DNA from: Octopus sinensis
Lineage: Eukaryota
NCBI RefSeq assembly: GCF_006345805.1
Contig: NC_043008.1
Location: 34,348,001-34,412,000, forward strand
Length of the DNA: 64,000 nt
Reading direction: 5' to 3'
Positions 1-13,240 of the stretch are shown here, piece by piece; position 1 is the stretch's first letter, and the number at the start of each line of letters is the position of its first letter. The position numbers and the translations under genes were made by a program. A model generated the notes under the pieces. The model made no database searches, was not told the origin of the DNA, and saw only the letters and a program-made list of their open reading frames with translations.

Positions 1-394
1 TCAGTCTTGCAAGTTACATGGCAACCTCACAAGTGTAGGAGGCATGGAAAAAGCACCCAGTGTACACTGTTAAGTGGTTGGCATAAGAAGGGCATCCAGC
101 TGTAGAAATCCTGCCAAAGCTGACAATGGAACTCGATGTGGCTTTCTGTCAAAGTATCCAACTCATGACAACATGGAAAATGAGCAGTAAATGATGACGA
201 TGATGATGAAACAATAGAATCCAATGAAAATCTCCACTAGAAACATCAAATCTCTACTCTTTTTTACAGCGATTATCTTATTTCACACCTTAAACTTTTA
301 GCTCTAATTTAATAGATTAATTAACTTGAAGAATTTAAGATATGGCACTTAGTCATATTTTAATCACATTTGCAACTTGTGTTCAAAGAACATA

Positions 395-896
395 CTGTAA
401 ATCCTCGAGTATAATCCGCATTTTTTTCCCAAAATTTAAAGGTCAAAATCCCTAGTGAGTACTATATACGAGGTTAAAAATGAAAGATATTTTTTCTAAG
501 CAATGTCCAAGTCTCTATTTGCTGTCCAGCAATTTTTATTCAGACACATTTTGTGAAAATACCTTAAGCTAAGCCTGAAAGCAATGAAGTCATAAAAGAA
601 TCATCCGTAACTTGCAGTAAGCAACATTTATTAAGCGTTATTACTGTTATTTCTTTATTTTCTGCAAACAAAATGCCCCAAAAAGCTACACGTTTGCATT
701 ATGTTATATATACAATAATAATAAAGGACGTTACCGTATACATTTTTACAAACCAAGGACGTTATATAGACCTCCTTGACTCAAGTTAGAGAAGGGATGC
801 ATATTATACACAAGGTTTAGGTTTTTCAGAGGTACAGCCCCCTAAAAATTCCCTGCGTGTTATACTCAAGGGCGGACTATACTCGAGGATTTATGG
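395..896. mobile_element. Tc1/mariner-type MITE
   Basis: TIRs CTGTAAATCCTCGAGTATAATCCGC / GCGGACTATACTCGAGGATTTATGG, with TA on both sides (393-394, 897-898). Confidence 0.85.
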
Positions 897-974
897 TAAT
901 TCTAAAACAGGAAAAACAAAAGACAGAAAAAAACACAATCAGGTTGAGAAAGGAACTTAAATATGATATCTCAC

Positions 975-1053
975 CAAAATTATAGTCCACCGTTTCAAAA
1001 AGATAAAAAAACTTGGATGATGTATTATCAATCTGTAATTTGTTGCATACAGC
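975..1053 (-). CDS. SNX27: SNX27 internal exon, FERM-like F1 region
   Basis: 79 nt, acceptor ttttccttacag, donor gtgag. AVCNKLQIDNTSSKFFYLFETVDYNF, corresponding to [26 protein letters not shown]. The gene continues past the window start. Confidence 0.92.
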
Positions 1054-1439
1054 CTGTAAGGAAAATGAAATGCATTAGTCATTGTTCAGAGAAACCGAAG
1101 AAAATTAAAATAAAATTAACTGAAAAACGGCGATTCTATTCTAAATAGTGTCATATTCTCATTAGTAAATAATATACACCACGATTATCTCCCTTAACTT
1201 TGCACGCAGCAACATAACATAGACATTTGAGGAGCATCAACATTACAAATACGGCCTACTACAGGGAAGCTAGTTTTCAGACATCAGACTGTGGTCAAGC
1301 TAGGGCACTCACTGAAAGGGCTTTAGTCACTCCTATCAAACAAATTACTTAATTTACTGACACCTATTTATCGGATAGTTATGTTCACTTTTAAAATACA
1401 GGAATGCACTTCGATACAGTTTTACATCAGTACGCCCTT

Positions 1440-1811
1440 AGAGGTACACCAACGACGAGGGTTCCAGTTTATCGGATCAGCGGAACAGCCTGCTCTTGAA
1501 ATTAACGTGCAACTGGTTGAGTACTTCACAGACACGTGGACCCTCAATGTTGTTCTCAGGGAGATTCAGCGTGACATAGAGTGTGACAAGGCCGGCCCTT
1601 TAAAATACAGGTACAACAGAAACAGAAAGAAAGAGTGAGAGAAAGTTGTGGTGAAAGAGTGCAGCAGGGTTCATCACCAGCCCCTGCTGGAGCCTCGTGG
1701 AGCTTTAGATGTTTTTGCTCAAAAAACACTCACAATACTCGGTCTGGAAATCGAAGCCACAATCCTACGACCGCGAGTCCGCTTCCCTAACCACTGGACC
1801 ATTGCGCCTCC
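1440..1811 (-). mobile_element. tRNA-derived SINE, head H1 + tail T1
   Basis: Head GGAGGCGCAATGGTCCAGTGGTTAGG...TTCGATTTCC; tail GTCACACTCTATGTCACGCTGAATCTCCC shared with 39055-39345 and 57670-57980. Confidence 0.8.
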
Positions 1812-2299
1812 ACATACATACATACACATGCATGTATATATATGTGTGTGTGTGTATGTATACTCTTTTACTTGTTTCAGTCATTTGACTGCGGCCATGC
1901 TGGAGTACCGCCTTTAGTCGGACAAATCGACCCCAGGACTTATTCTTTGTAAGCCCAGTACTTATTCTATCGGTCTATTTTGCCGAACCGCTAAGTGACG
2001 GGGACGTAAACACACCAGCATCGGTTGTCAAGCAATGCTAGAGGGACAAACACAGACACACAAACATATATACACACATGCATATATACGACAGGCTTCT
2101 TTCAGTTTCCGTCTACCAAATCCACTCACAAGGCTTTGGTCGGCCCGAGACTATAGCAGAAGACATTTGCCCAAGATGCCACGCAGTGGGACTGAACCCG
2201 GAACCATGTGGTTGGTTACACACATATCTACATACACACACATTACATACATATATCTATATACATACATATCTATTTATTTCTCTACATAATACATAT

Positions 2300-2512
2300 A
2301 TCGCCATGTTGATTCGCTAGCTTCTGCATGCATTTTTTTTCTCTCCTTGTTTCTCTCCGTGTTTCTTTTCTGTGTATCTTTCTGTTGAAGAGCGTAGGCT
2401 CGAAACATAAAAGACTTGTTTTATTTATATTCCTGAGCGCCGTACTAATACAATTGTTTGTTTATATTCCACCTGCTTTCGTCTTTTGTTTATTTTCATA
2501 AAGCTTCCCGTT
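2300..2512 (+). mobile_element. ~200-bp hammerhead-like dispersed element, copy 1
   Basis: Contains TCTTT-CTGTTGA-A-GAGC-GTAG-GCTC-GAAAC-ATA-AAAGA (2377-2414). Flanked by TA-rich microsatellite. Homologous to 36609-36805 and 61745-61928. Confidence 0.65.
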
Positions 2513-3636
2513 ATATATATATATATATATAGCAAAATCAAGGAACGGCCATAATAGGCCATTCACCCACTAGAAATAACAGCCAAAGCTTCAACCGCAA
2601 AACAACATCAATTCCGCAAACCAGGAGAAAATTAAAAAAACATTTACCCTGTAGTTCCTTATACGATGCACCGTTTCATCTATTGTTTAATGGTCAACTA
2701 ACCTGATTAAATTTTTTCCCACTAGGCCGCTGGTGGCAAAAAAATTCTACGAAATTTTTTGCCACCCTATATTGATTAATTATATATATATATATATATA
2801 TAAACACAAACAACACAAGCATTTTAAGGACATTTCCTCTGCTAGAGCAGGGGTTAAACTAGTGTGTGCCAGGACAGTCTTCTTCACCTTGCCTTATCCT
2901 TTATATATCCTCTCAATAACTTTCCTTGCTCTCATTTCCTTTTCCATCATCTTTTGTCAGGTCTGTTTCAGTCTTGGTGTTTACAGTATTATGGAATTAA
3001 AATGTTATAAACTGAAAATATGCAAATGATTGCATCTCAATGCCATTATCGATTTTAGCTGTAATTACAATAACCAAAGATATTGCGCACATAGCCTAGT
3101 GGTTAGGATGTTGCACTCGTGATTGTGAGATTGTAGTTTCAACTCCAAGCTCAAGTGGTGCATTGCCTTCTTAAGCAAAACACTCCATTTCACATTAATT
3201 TGCAATCACTGTTATCTGATATATGGTACACTGCACTTGTACAGTTAGTGTCAATTTGATGGATAAGAGTGACTTAAAGAACAGTACAAACATTTGATCA
3301 CCATAAACAAATCCTGTTCAGGTTGTTCAATAAAAAACTGTAGAATCATCTTTTCTGGACTCAAGAGACTAGCTAAAAGAAATGTTACAACTGTGAAGCA
3401 GCACGAGGAAAGGACAAATGATCTGCATCAGCACTTAGTAGATTGGAAAAATGTCAAAGTGGAATTATTTTGCTGTAAAGAAGACATCTAAGGTTTCAGG
3501 CAGATTCTGCGACGAAAGATTTTGTATGAAATGTTAGACTTTTCTTCTTTGTTCATGGCAAAATAATTTATTCTACTATGGCAAATTTTGGTTATTATAC
3601 TGGTCAGAAAGAAGAGAGGAATTAGAAACCACTCAC

Positions 3637-3741
3637 CTGATAAACCTTTTCTGTGTTATCTGTCCTTCGTATTGTGACAACACAAAGTGAATGATCAGGT
3701 AAGGAAACTTTCAACTCAACTTCATTGCAACCACCATTTTC
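3637..3741 (-). CDS. SNX27: SNX27 internal exon, start of RA/FERM-like F1 region
   Basis: 105 nt, acceptor ttgtag, donor gtgagt. ENGGCNEVELKVSLPDHSLCVVTIRRTDNTEKVYQ, matching [28 protein letters not shown]. Confidence 0.95.
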
Positions 3742-3876
3742 CTACAATAAAGCAGATAGTTACACAAATGAAGACAAGCAAATATATACACATACACACA
3801 TATATCCACACACACACACACATAAATATCGAATAATGAGAATGAGTGCTCAAAACCACATTGGTGGATAAAGATT

Positions 3877-4023
3877 CTTTATTTGTGTCTTAAGGCTGCC
3901 ATTAGTTTCATGTGAAGGAATATCTCAACAATTATGCAAGCCAAACATATACATAAATGGAGATGTACACCAATTTATATTCCTTTACATGAAACCAATG
4001 GCAGCCTTAACAGACAAATAAAG
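3877..4023. repeat. Inverted repeat, ~47-bp arms
   Basis: 3877-3923 vs 3977-4023, inside a microsatellite-flanked ~290-bp element. Confidence 0.85.
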
Positions 4024-4113
4024 TATATATATAACTCATACTAAAAATGACTATACTCTTCGATCCACTACTAGATGTGATAACATAAATATTGAAACGC
4101 AATGCATGAAATA

Positions 4114-4149
<36 letters not shown>

Positions 4150-4896
4150 ATTACAAATAAGAAAAATGGAGAAGCACATTAGTTTGGTGTGTGTATATAT
4201 ATATATATATATATACAGTTTTTAACTTCATTTAACGCACTATTTAACAAATTGGATGGGCAGATTACTAGATTGACTTGCACAGATTATTCAAATATTT
4301 AAATTTCACAGCAATTAATGTACATGTATGTGTGTACATCTACCGTGTGTGTGTGTGCATGAGAGAGAGAGAGAAAGAGAGAAGAGCTGGTAGTTCAGTT
4401 ATTAGTGTCATGATCATAAGGTTGTGGGCTCAATTTTTGGACCAGGTAGCATACTATGTCCTTGGTTAGGGTACTTTATTTCATATTGCACCAGTCCAAG
4501 ATGGCTGAAAATGAATTGCATCTACTACAGAGTAGCACCTAGTGGATAATTAACCCCAAATCTTGCAAATGCAAGATGCTTAATGACCTTTGACAACTAC
4601 AAAGTTTCTACATCTGGTTGCCCTTCCTAATGCCACATACACACTCACACATATGTGTGTGTGTGTATATACTTTTACTCTTTTACTCTTTTACTTGTTT
4701 CAGTCATTTGACTGCAGCCATGCTGGAGCACCGCCTTTATTCGAGCAAATCGACCCCGGGACTTATTCTTTGTAAGCCCAGTACTTATTCTATCGGTCTC
4801 TTTTTGCCGAACCGCTAAGTGACAGGGAAGTAAACACACCAGTATCGGTTGTCAAGCAATGCTAGGGGGACAAACACACACACACATACACATATA

Positions 4897-4948
<52 letters not shown>

Positions 4949-6757
4949 TACGACAGGCTTCTTTCAGTTTCCGTCTACTAAATCCACTCACAAGGCATTG
5001 GTCGGCCCGGGCTTATAGCAGAAGACACTTGCCCAAGATGCCACGCAGTGGGACTGAACCCGGAACCATGTGGTTGGTTGGCAAGCTACTAACCACACAG
5101 CCACTCCTGTATATATATATACACATTATAAAACATTTTTGTTATCCAATAATGTAACCATTAGTTGAATGAAAGATTGTCTTAGCTTGAATTCGATTTA
5201 GGTGAGACCTGAAGGCGATTGCTGCTATTTCAGGTAAAATCAAATGGCCATATAAGAGGTCCTTTGTTGTACATCCAACTAGTCAGCAAGAAATGAAACA
5301 ATTTTAGTGTAAGATGGTCCTAATTGGAGCAATAGTTGAGCAACTTGCAGTAAGGAGGTTTACAATTTCAGATTCAAGTTTTGTCAAAACTGATTCACTT
5401 ATTACATGAGTAGAACTACCAAACAGAAAATTCAGGCTTGGCTGAGTGGTTAAGAAGTTTGCTTCACATTCAGGATGTTCTGGGTTCAACCCCACAGTCT
5501 GTTTATCTTGAACAAGTGTTTTTTCACCATAGCCTTAAGTCCAATCAAAGCCTTGTGGCTGTTATTTGGAAAACTGCAATCAGGGATAATCTGTGGCAGT
5601 TCATTGGAAAAGATTATAATTAAACAGTCCAGCCTTATTACATGAAGTGTAACACTAATTCAACATGAAAATTGCTATGGGTGCATATATCTGTGGAATA
5701 CTCAGCCAGCCATTTTGAAGTAGGTAGTTCAGTAGATCAAACAACCAAATGCTCATCAATGAAACTGATAAATGATTTATGGTGTAGAGAGGAGAAAAAA
5801 AAACACTGTTAGCATGTGTCATATTTTGTTATAGCAGTTTAAATAAATAAGCCTCCACATAACCACTCAAGTTGCTAGAATTAACCAAAAATCACATTCC
5901 TTTGTTTAATGGCAGACCAGACAATGTAGCCTTTGTCATACAAAAGTATTGGATGGTCACGACTGGAACGTCTTTGACTGTATAGGTCTGCTCATCTGAG
6001 GGCTAAACAACAACTTCAATGTTAAAATAATAGAGCTTCAAAGGAGCTGTAAAAGAATAGGAAAAGCTACTATCTCCTATTTAAGAGTCAGCAAGAGAGG
6101 GAGAGAAAGAGATGAACACACACAGAAACGATATATATCCCTTTCCTTTCTCCAACTCTTACCTGTTTGCAAGTGAGGTAATTTCCACAAGGCTTTGGCT
6201 TTGTGGGCACAAACTTTGGGTAAACATCATCATTATCATCGTTTAGCATCCGCTTTCCATGCTGGCATGGGTTGGACGGTGCAACTGGGGTCTGGGAAGC
6301 CAGAAGGCTGCACCAGGCCCAGTCTGATCTGGCAATGTTTCTACGGCTGGATGCCTTTCCTAACACTATATAAAATTTTGTAATAATTACTGCTCTATTT
6401 TTTGAGTGTCCTTCTTTCTGATATGTGTTTTTTTATTAACTATGTATGTATATATATAATCATTTAATGTCAGTTACCCATGCTGGCACAAATTGAACTA
6501 CTAACACTGGTTGGGCCATAAGAAAGAATAGCAGAAGGATACTCAAATATGGAAAAAATAAATAAATACAAAAAGAGAGAGAGAGAGAGAGTAAAGAAAA
6601 GACAAAAACAAAAAAGAAGAAGAGAAAGAAGAACACAAAGAGAGGAAGCGATAGAAGAATAAGGAGAAACAAATATTGTAAGATGTGAAAGAAGTGTTGG
6701 AAACCAATTACATACAGAAGCAGAAAACAAACAATTTCATGGTTTGTCAGTACTTAC

Positions 6758-6828
6758 CATATGGGAATCGCTGGCTGCCAAGAATTCTTGAACTGTTTCA
6801 CTTTCTCCAATGACTCGTACTGCACAAA
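6758..6828 (-). CDS. SNX27: SNX27 internal exon, end of PX domain
   Basis: 71 nt, acceptor ctttatag, donor gtaagt. (V)CAVRVIGESETVQEFLAASDSHM, matching SNX27 VCSIRVIGESDIMQEFL. Frame consistent. Confidence 0.95.
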
Positions 6829-9374
6829 CTATAAAGACAGAAGAAATATCATTGATCTTTGATAATTACTGATTTAAATGGACAACACAACATATATGTG
6901 CCAACAAGGAAGCTAACGTATAGTTACTGAGATCCGCTAGAAACAGCAATGGAATCTCTCACAAATTACATACTAATGCTTTAAAAAGAGAAGAACAGAC
7001 ATTGAACAAACATCATGCCCATCATCATCATTTCAACATACACTTTTCCAGGAGTCACAAAGATTTTCAAACCAAATTTTTCAATGGCTAGATGCCCTTC
7101 CTTTCGTCAACTCTTACCTGTTTGCAAGTGAGGTAATATTTTCCTAAAGGCAGACATATTTTCACAGAATACTGGAAGTGAATGACACTCATTTACAACA
7201 ACCGCATGACAGACAGAGAGACAAACACACACACACACATATACGCAATGGTTCTGACCGGAGGAGTGGATGAGGAACTTACAGAGAGAAGGCTTACAAT
7301 TTCAGGTTCAAATCCTGTCAAGATTGGTTCCCTCATTATATAAGCTGGCAGAATCATTAGCACACTGGGCAAAATGCTTAATAGTATTTCATCTACCGTT
7401 ACATTCTGAGTTCAAATTCTGCTGAGGTCAACTTTGCCTTTCATCCTTTCGGGGTCAATTAAATAAGTACCAGTTACACACTGGGGTCAATGTAATCGAC
7501 TTAATCCCTTTGTTTGTCCCCTCTATCTTTAGCCCCCTGTGGGCAATAAAGAAATGCATATAAGTAGAACCATCACAACAACCATTACCACACACATATT
7601 TACGCAAAGCTTCGTTCTGTTCCTTTCTATAAAATCCACTGACAAAGCAAGGCTTTTGTTGGCCAGGAGTTACAGCAGAAGACATTTGCATTAGGTGCCA
7701 AGCAATGAGAGTGAACCCCAAATCATTTAGTTAGGACGCAAAGTCCCCAGCCACACAGCCATACCTGCACATCCACACAGACATGCCAATGCCTCCACTG
7801 AGTCGTGCCTGCCCTGCCTCCACACAGCCATACCTGCACCACCTCCTCACAGTCATGCCTGTACAATCAACATTGTATACATAGAAAAACAATGCTCATT
7901 GAGAGGATGTGATGGTCATGGTTGGAACTCTTGTGATCATTGATCTATGCAGTCAAGACTGACCTGGATGTAAATAACAACAATATCAATGAACCATATT
8001 TTCAAATTATAAAAGTAGCACTGCTTCAGAAAGATCAAGAACTCACAGCTACAACTAGAATTGTCCCCTTTACTATCAAGATTGTCGTTGTTATTGTCAT
8101 AACATCGCCATGGGTTTAATATCTGATTTTTCCCTAAACATATATTTTACAGATACTTTATTTGAAAAACTGTGATTATGCAGGTAAGCAATAAAAATGG
8201 CCACAGAATACACAATGTTGAGAGTATATTGAATGCTTTATTCTTTTATTCTTTTACTTGTTTCAGTCATTTGACTGCAGCCATGCTGGAGTGCTGACTT
8301 AAGGGGTTTAAGTCAAAATAAACTGACCCCAGGACTTATTCTTTGTAAGCCTAGCACTTATTCTATCGGTCAGTTTTGCTGAACTGCTATGGTACAGGAA
8401 TGTAAACACACCAACATCAGTTGTCAAGTAATGGTGGTGGTGGTGGTGGGGACACAGACCCAAACACAAATATATACATATATGTATATGACAGGCTTCT
8501 TTCAGTTTCCGTCTACTAAATCTACTTACAAGGTTTTGGTCGGCCTGAGGCTATAGTAGAAGACACCTGCCCAAGGTGCCACACAGTGGGACTGAACCCA
8601 GAACCATGTGGTTGGGAAGCAAGCTTCTTACCACACAGCTACACCTGTCCCTTTGTGGGTTTTTTTTTTTTTTTCAGAGCCACTCAAGAGTAAAGCACCT
8701 CGTAAAGCTCAAATAAATCTCACACCTGAAATAATGTAGCTGCTACATATACAAGTGTCCTTGGTTGCATCTGTAATATTACAGTATATAATATTAGTAG
8801 TAGCCAGGTGCTAAGGGAGGTGCTAGCAATGTGTAAAGGAATATCAACCACACCACAGATAGTAGATGCCAGATGACCTCATTTCTAATGCAACAAAAAT
8901 AGTAATGTGCTGTTGTGAAATACAACAGAAATCAATTGTTTCTAATGTTTTGTAATCAAATACTTTGAAAACAGGTGCTTCACTCATGACAATCTTGTCG
9001 TTTATTCAGACACAGTAAAATCTAAGACTACATTATCCAATGTGATATTCTTTCAACCCTTCAGATACACTGATTGATAACTGAGTGTTTACCCTGACCA
9101 CAAATGAAAAAGAAAATGTCATTGAAAATTATTAAATAATACTTTAAAATTGCATCACTTATCAATGGTTCCTATATGCAAATGGTCAAGACAGTAGAGT
9201 ATGAATTGAATGACATTTGGTTGCTATTTCTAACAGTTCAAATTGAATGACCACGTAAATGCTCCTGCATTAATTCAGGACAATAGTGTTATATAATAAG
9301 CTCTTTTTCTCACATACACAGATACATACACCCATACACACATGCATGCATGCATACATACATACATACACAAA

Positions 9375-9608
9375 GTAAACTTGGTGAGGTGTGAGCTTTC
9401 TGTAAAACTCAAGCAGGAGATTCACCCTTTAACTGTAGAAATCAGATATATATCCACCCAAATGTAGTTTTATATATCAATCTGTCTTTTTGTAAAAGAA
9501 TATCACAACACCCACATTTACATCCTTTTTGTTCATCAAGGAAGATTTTGTACATTGTTGTAAGGCATGTTATGGGTCTGCAGCTCTTAGGGCTTTTTGT
9601 TTCATCAT
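9375..9608 (-). repeat. 234-bp near-identical local copy of 11559-11792
   Basis: Reading the two segments side by side shows about 2 mismatches. Confidence 0.9.
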
Positions 9609-10570
9609 ATCTGAGATGCTTAGCAGCCATACATCATCATCACTTTAATGGTCAATTATCCATGTTCACAAGGGTCAGATGAAATTTGTTGACATAGATT
9701 TTCTATAGCTGAATGTCCTTCCTTTCACAAACCATCACCTGTTTCCAAGTTTTCCAAGTTCAGGCTTAGGTAAAACTGTTTTTTTCTAAACAGAAGACCA
9801 TCAGTTGCCCACACAGTGGGGCTCCCTACTCCAAGCCTACCAATGCCGTTCAAGTGAAGAAGATCCAATACGGCTCTGTACCAGTGTTGTTGCAGGTAAA
9901 CTTCCAAAGTACAGAACCAGAACAAATATTAGTTTTGAATTTCAGCACAAGGCCAGCAGTTTGGGGGAAGGGAGTAAATCAATTACATCGACCCCAGTGC
10001 ACAACTGGTACTTATTTTATTGATCCCCGAAAGGATAGAAGGCGAAGTCAACCTTGACAAAATCTGAGCTCAGAATGTATAGATGGACAAAATGCTGCTA
10101 AGTATTTTGCCTGGCATGCTAATGATTCTGCCAGCTCGCTGCCTTAAAGAGCCAGAACAAATATTACAAACTACTTTTTTTCCCGACATACTAACACTGC
10201 TACCAATCCGCTGCCCCGGACTGGTTAATTTATTTGGCAACTGAGTAGAAGGATAATATACCGAGTTGATACCAACAAGAATTTGAACTCAGAACACAAA
10301 GAACTCTGCATGGTATCTGTGACTATTGATGTAATCTTCTGCGAATTCACCACTGTAAGGTAATATATCACATTATCATCAGTGACCAACGACCTCTGAG
10401 GCTGATGAAGTTTATATGGTTGATACCCAGCCTGACATCAATGACAGCAGAAAAAAAGTGGAAGTGGAAAATGAACCAGAGGGTTTCTGATCAGAATGCT
10501 TGTGGCAAAGTGAAAATCTGATAAAGACACAATCTTGATTAGCCACCACCACCATCATCACCCCTAATCC

Positions 10571-10607
<37 letters not shown>

Positions 10608-11558
10608 TATTATTATTATTCTCCTCCCACTACCCTTCCAATTTTGCAACTCAATGCAAAATGAATACTTGTGTAAAAGGTTCTCCAAGTTTCAGAAATA
10701 TCTTTTTATCTCAAAGAACTTCTACTTGAGAAAAAAAAAATCAGTAGCAATGTTAGCTCGTTAACAACAGACAGATATCTATGATACAGTTTTGTAGTAC
10801 ATTGCTTTTTATTTTTAATTTAAAAAATGTACAATTTATAAAACCTGTTGAAGAAATGGGATTAAAGTGAAAGCAAACAGTAGATTAGTTACCTCCCCTA
10901 CTAGTAACCATATTCACTAGCTTGTGACACCCTGTCCAATTCTGTTTTGTGTTTTAGTAAATGAGCAAATGAGGGAGTCTCTACATCAGGCCTGGCCAAC
11001 TTACATTGTAAGCCACTTTAATAACAGTAAATTTTTTGAGGGCTGCTTGTATATGTTATGCCCTAATAGTCAAATAATCAAATTAGAGAATCAAGAATTT
11101 TTCATACTTTTCCTTTGATTAAAATTACAAAATTGTAGGCTATTGCTTTATTGCCACTTGTAAATTTTAAATTTATTTCAAAACAAATGTTTTACACAAA
11201 GAATTTTATTTTGAAATTAAACACAATACTTGAAGAAAGTATCAAGCAGACTGCAAGATAAAAGCCTCAGGTTGGCCAGTCCTGCTCTACATGATCATTC
11301 AACTTGCTAGAAATAGAGACCAAATCTTCTTCAAATTTATATACCTTTATCTTAAAAAAGGATGCATGCATTGGGTAATGCAGCCCCAGTTATACAAAAA
11401 AAATGATATGATTGTCAAAGCTGGAATGTCTTTGATTTAATTTCTAGTCATCACCTTAATGTCTTTGAGTTTCTATGGATGGTCTTCATACATTCTAATA
11501 ACTGAATACATGTACATTCCAAAAATTTATTTTTCTTTATAGGAAAATACAAGACAAT

Positions 11559-13240
11559 GTAAACTTGGTGAGGTGTGAGCTTTCTGTAAAACTCAAGCAG
11601 GAGATTAACCCTTTAACTGCAGAAATCAGATATATATCCACCCAAATGTAGTTTTATATATCAATCTGTCTTTTTGTAAAAGAATATCACAACACCCACA
11701 TTTACATCCTTTTTGTTCATCAAGGAAGATTTTGTACATTGTTGTAAGGCATGTTATGGGTCTGCAGCTCTTAGGGCTTTTTGTTTCATCATTTTTGAGG
11801 AGCAAAAAAGCAATACCATTTGGCAGCCATTCTGAGGTTTGTCTGCAGTTCTTTCGTAAATGCATTGTAACAAGTTCGTTTCTTGTGTAAGTTTGTAAAC
11901 ACATTGAGCCAATAGATTGGGATCCTATCCATATCAGGAGATTTCCATTTACTGTACATTTTTCTATATGAGTCTGGCATCACCTACACTTATCTCTTCT
12001 ATAATCCCAGTGTCTTTTTGTTTTTTATTAACCCATGGGGCATCACAGCTCTGCTCATGTTCATCTGTCAAAATTTTCCTTCTGAACAGCAGTATTTCAT
12101 CCTCTGACGGAACTTTTATTTTGATAGTGCTCTTTTCAATATGTCAATAGAATTTCTTTGGATTATTTTTAAATATGCTGTTATCTTTGAATAACTTGGA
12201 TCATTTTACAAAGCACTGCATATGTGTGTGGCTTTGGCCTGCACTTTTTGTTTTATCTTCTCCACTACTCCAGCAAATTGGAGGTTTGACTTTAATTCAT
12301 ACTTTTTCAGTATCTTTCTCTCCTTAGATGGTTTTATATTACATTTGTTGAATAACTTTTTCAATCTTTGTATATCAGACCAGAGAGCATCAATTTGCTT
12401 CTTCAATTTTTTTTCTTGCCATGTTGTTATTTTTTTTTTTTTGTGAGAATTTGCTATTCCCAATTTCAGTTTTACACCACACATTTTGGTGCAGACTGCA
12501 GCAGCAGCAGAGAATACCTCATTCAAGGATGTGATGTTTAGTTCATTTTCATTTATAATGGATTTGGGGGCCATGTTCACCTGACTATTTCATCATTTTC
12601 TTTACTGTTGTGAATTTTAGGAAGGTCACTGCATACCTTCATGTCAATATTTTGAACTTTGATCTATTCGGTGATTATTTATTCTTTGAGTTCTTTCAGG
12701 TTACTTGTTCTGTTATCAACATCATTTATTTTCTCTAAATTGTTGGTAGTCTTTTTCATAGTTCCTCTGCAATAGTTTGATCAATAGGGAGAGTATTTGA
12801 GTTGTTTTCTGGTGTGTGTAATGTTTTTTACTTCATCCTGCAAAGATTTTTCTTCTATGACTCTGACAGTCTTTGTCTCTGAATTTGCAATTACAATTGC
12901 TAGGTCATTTCTTAGATCTGATTTTACATTTTCTTTTATTTTGTTGATTTTAATGTCAGTTAACAATTTCCATTTCATAACATTTCTTTGTATATTTGCA
13001 AGCTTGTTGCTATCTATGTTCAGTCTTATGTTAGGATTCTTTGCTCTCCAAATTCTATGTTTGTTCAGTGTTTGAGATGTCTGTTGATACCTGGCGGTGT
13101 ATAAAGCCTCAATAAACTTTTTATTCTCTGGACCACTCCTGTCTTTTGATTTGACTGGTGCATGCAGGTATTGGGCATGGAGGGCCTTCAGATGGACTTG
13201 TCCTATTGTGAGAAACCACCAGACTCATATTGCTAGGGAT
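11559..13240 (-). mobile_element. R4/Dong-like non-LTR retrotransposon relic (5' half)
   Basis: Fragments IWRAKNPNIRLNIDSNKLANIQR, KWKSPDMDRIPIYWL, RPITCLTTMYK, EQKGCK with frameshifts; 5' end abuts an (ATT)n tract at 13241-13276. Confidence 0.75.

Noticed and set aside
2035-2320. Recurrent ORFs such as ...QASFSFRLPNPLTRLWSARG... (also 4849, 15272, 31433)
   Set aside because: Antisense translations of SINE family A, not a protein family.
3545-3600. Minus-strand INYFA resembling SNX27 VNYFALF
   Set aside because: The intron would be ~36 nt and the frame hits a stop; the true next exon is 975-1053.
6460-6730. Hydrophobic ORFs suggesting membrane proteins (also 23611-23796, 33035-33322)
   Set aside because: Translations of purine/pyrimidine-rich or (ATG)n low-complexity tracts.
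7750-7862. Short repeats of CCACACAGCCATACCTGCAC
   Set aside because: Slippage reiteration of a SINE-A 5' end; no further structure.
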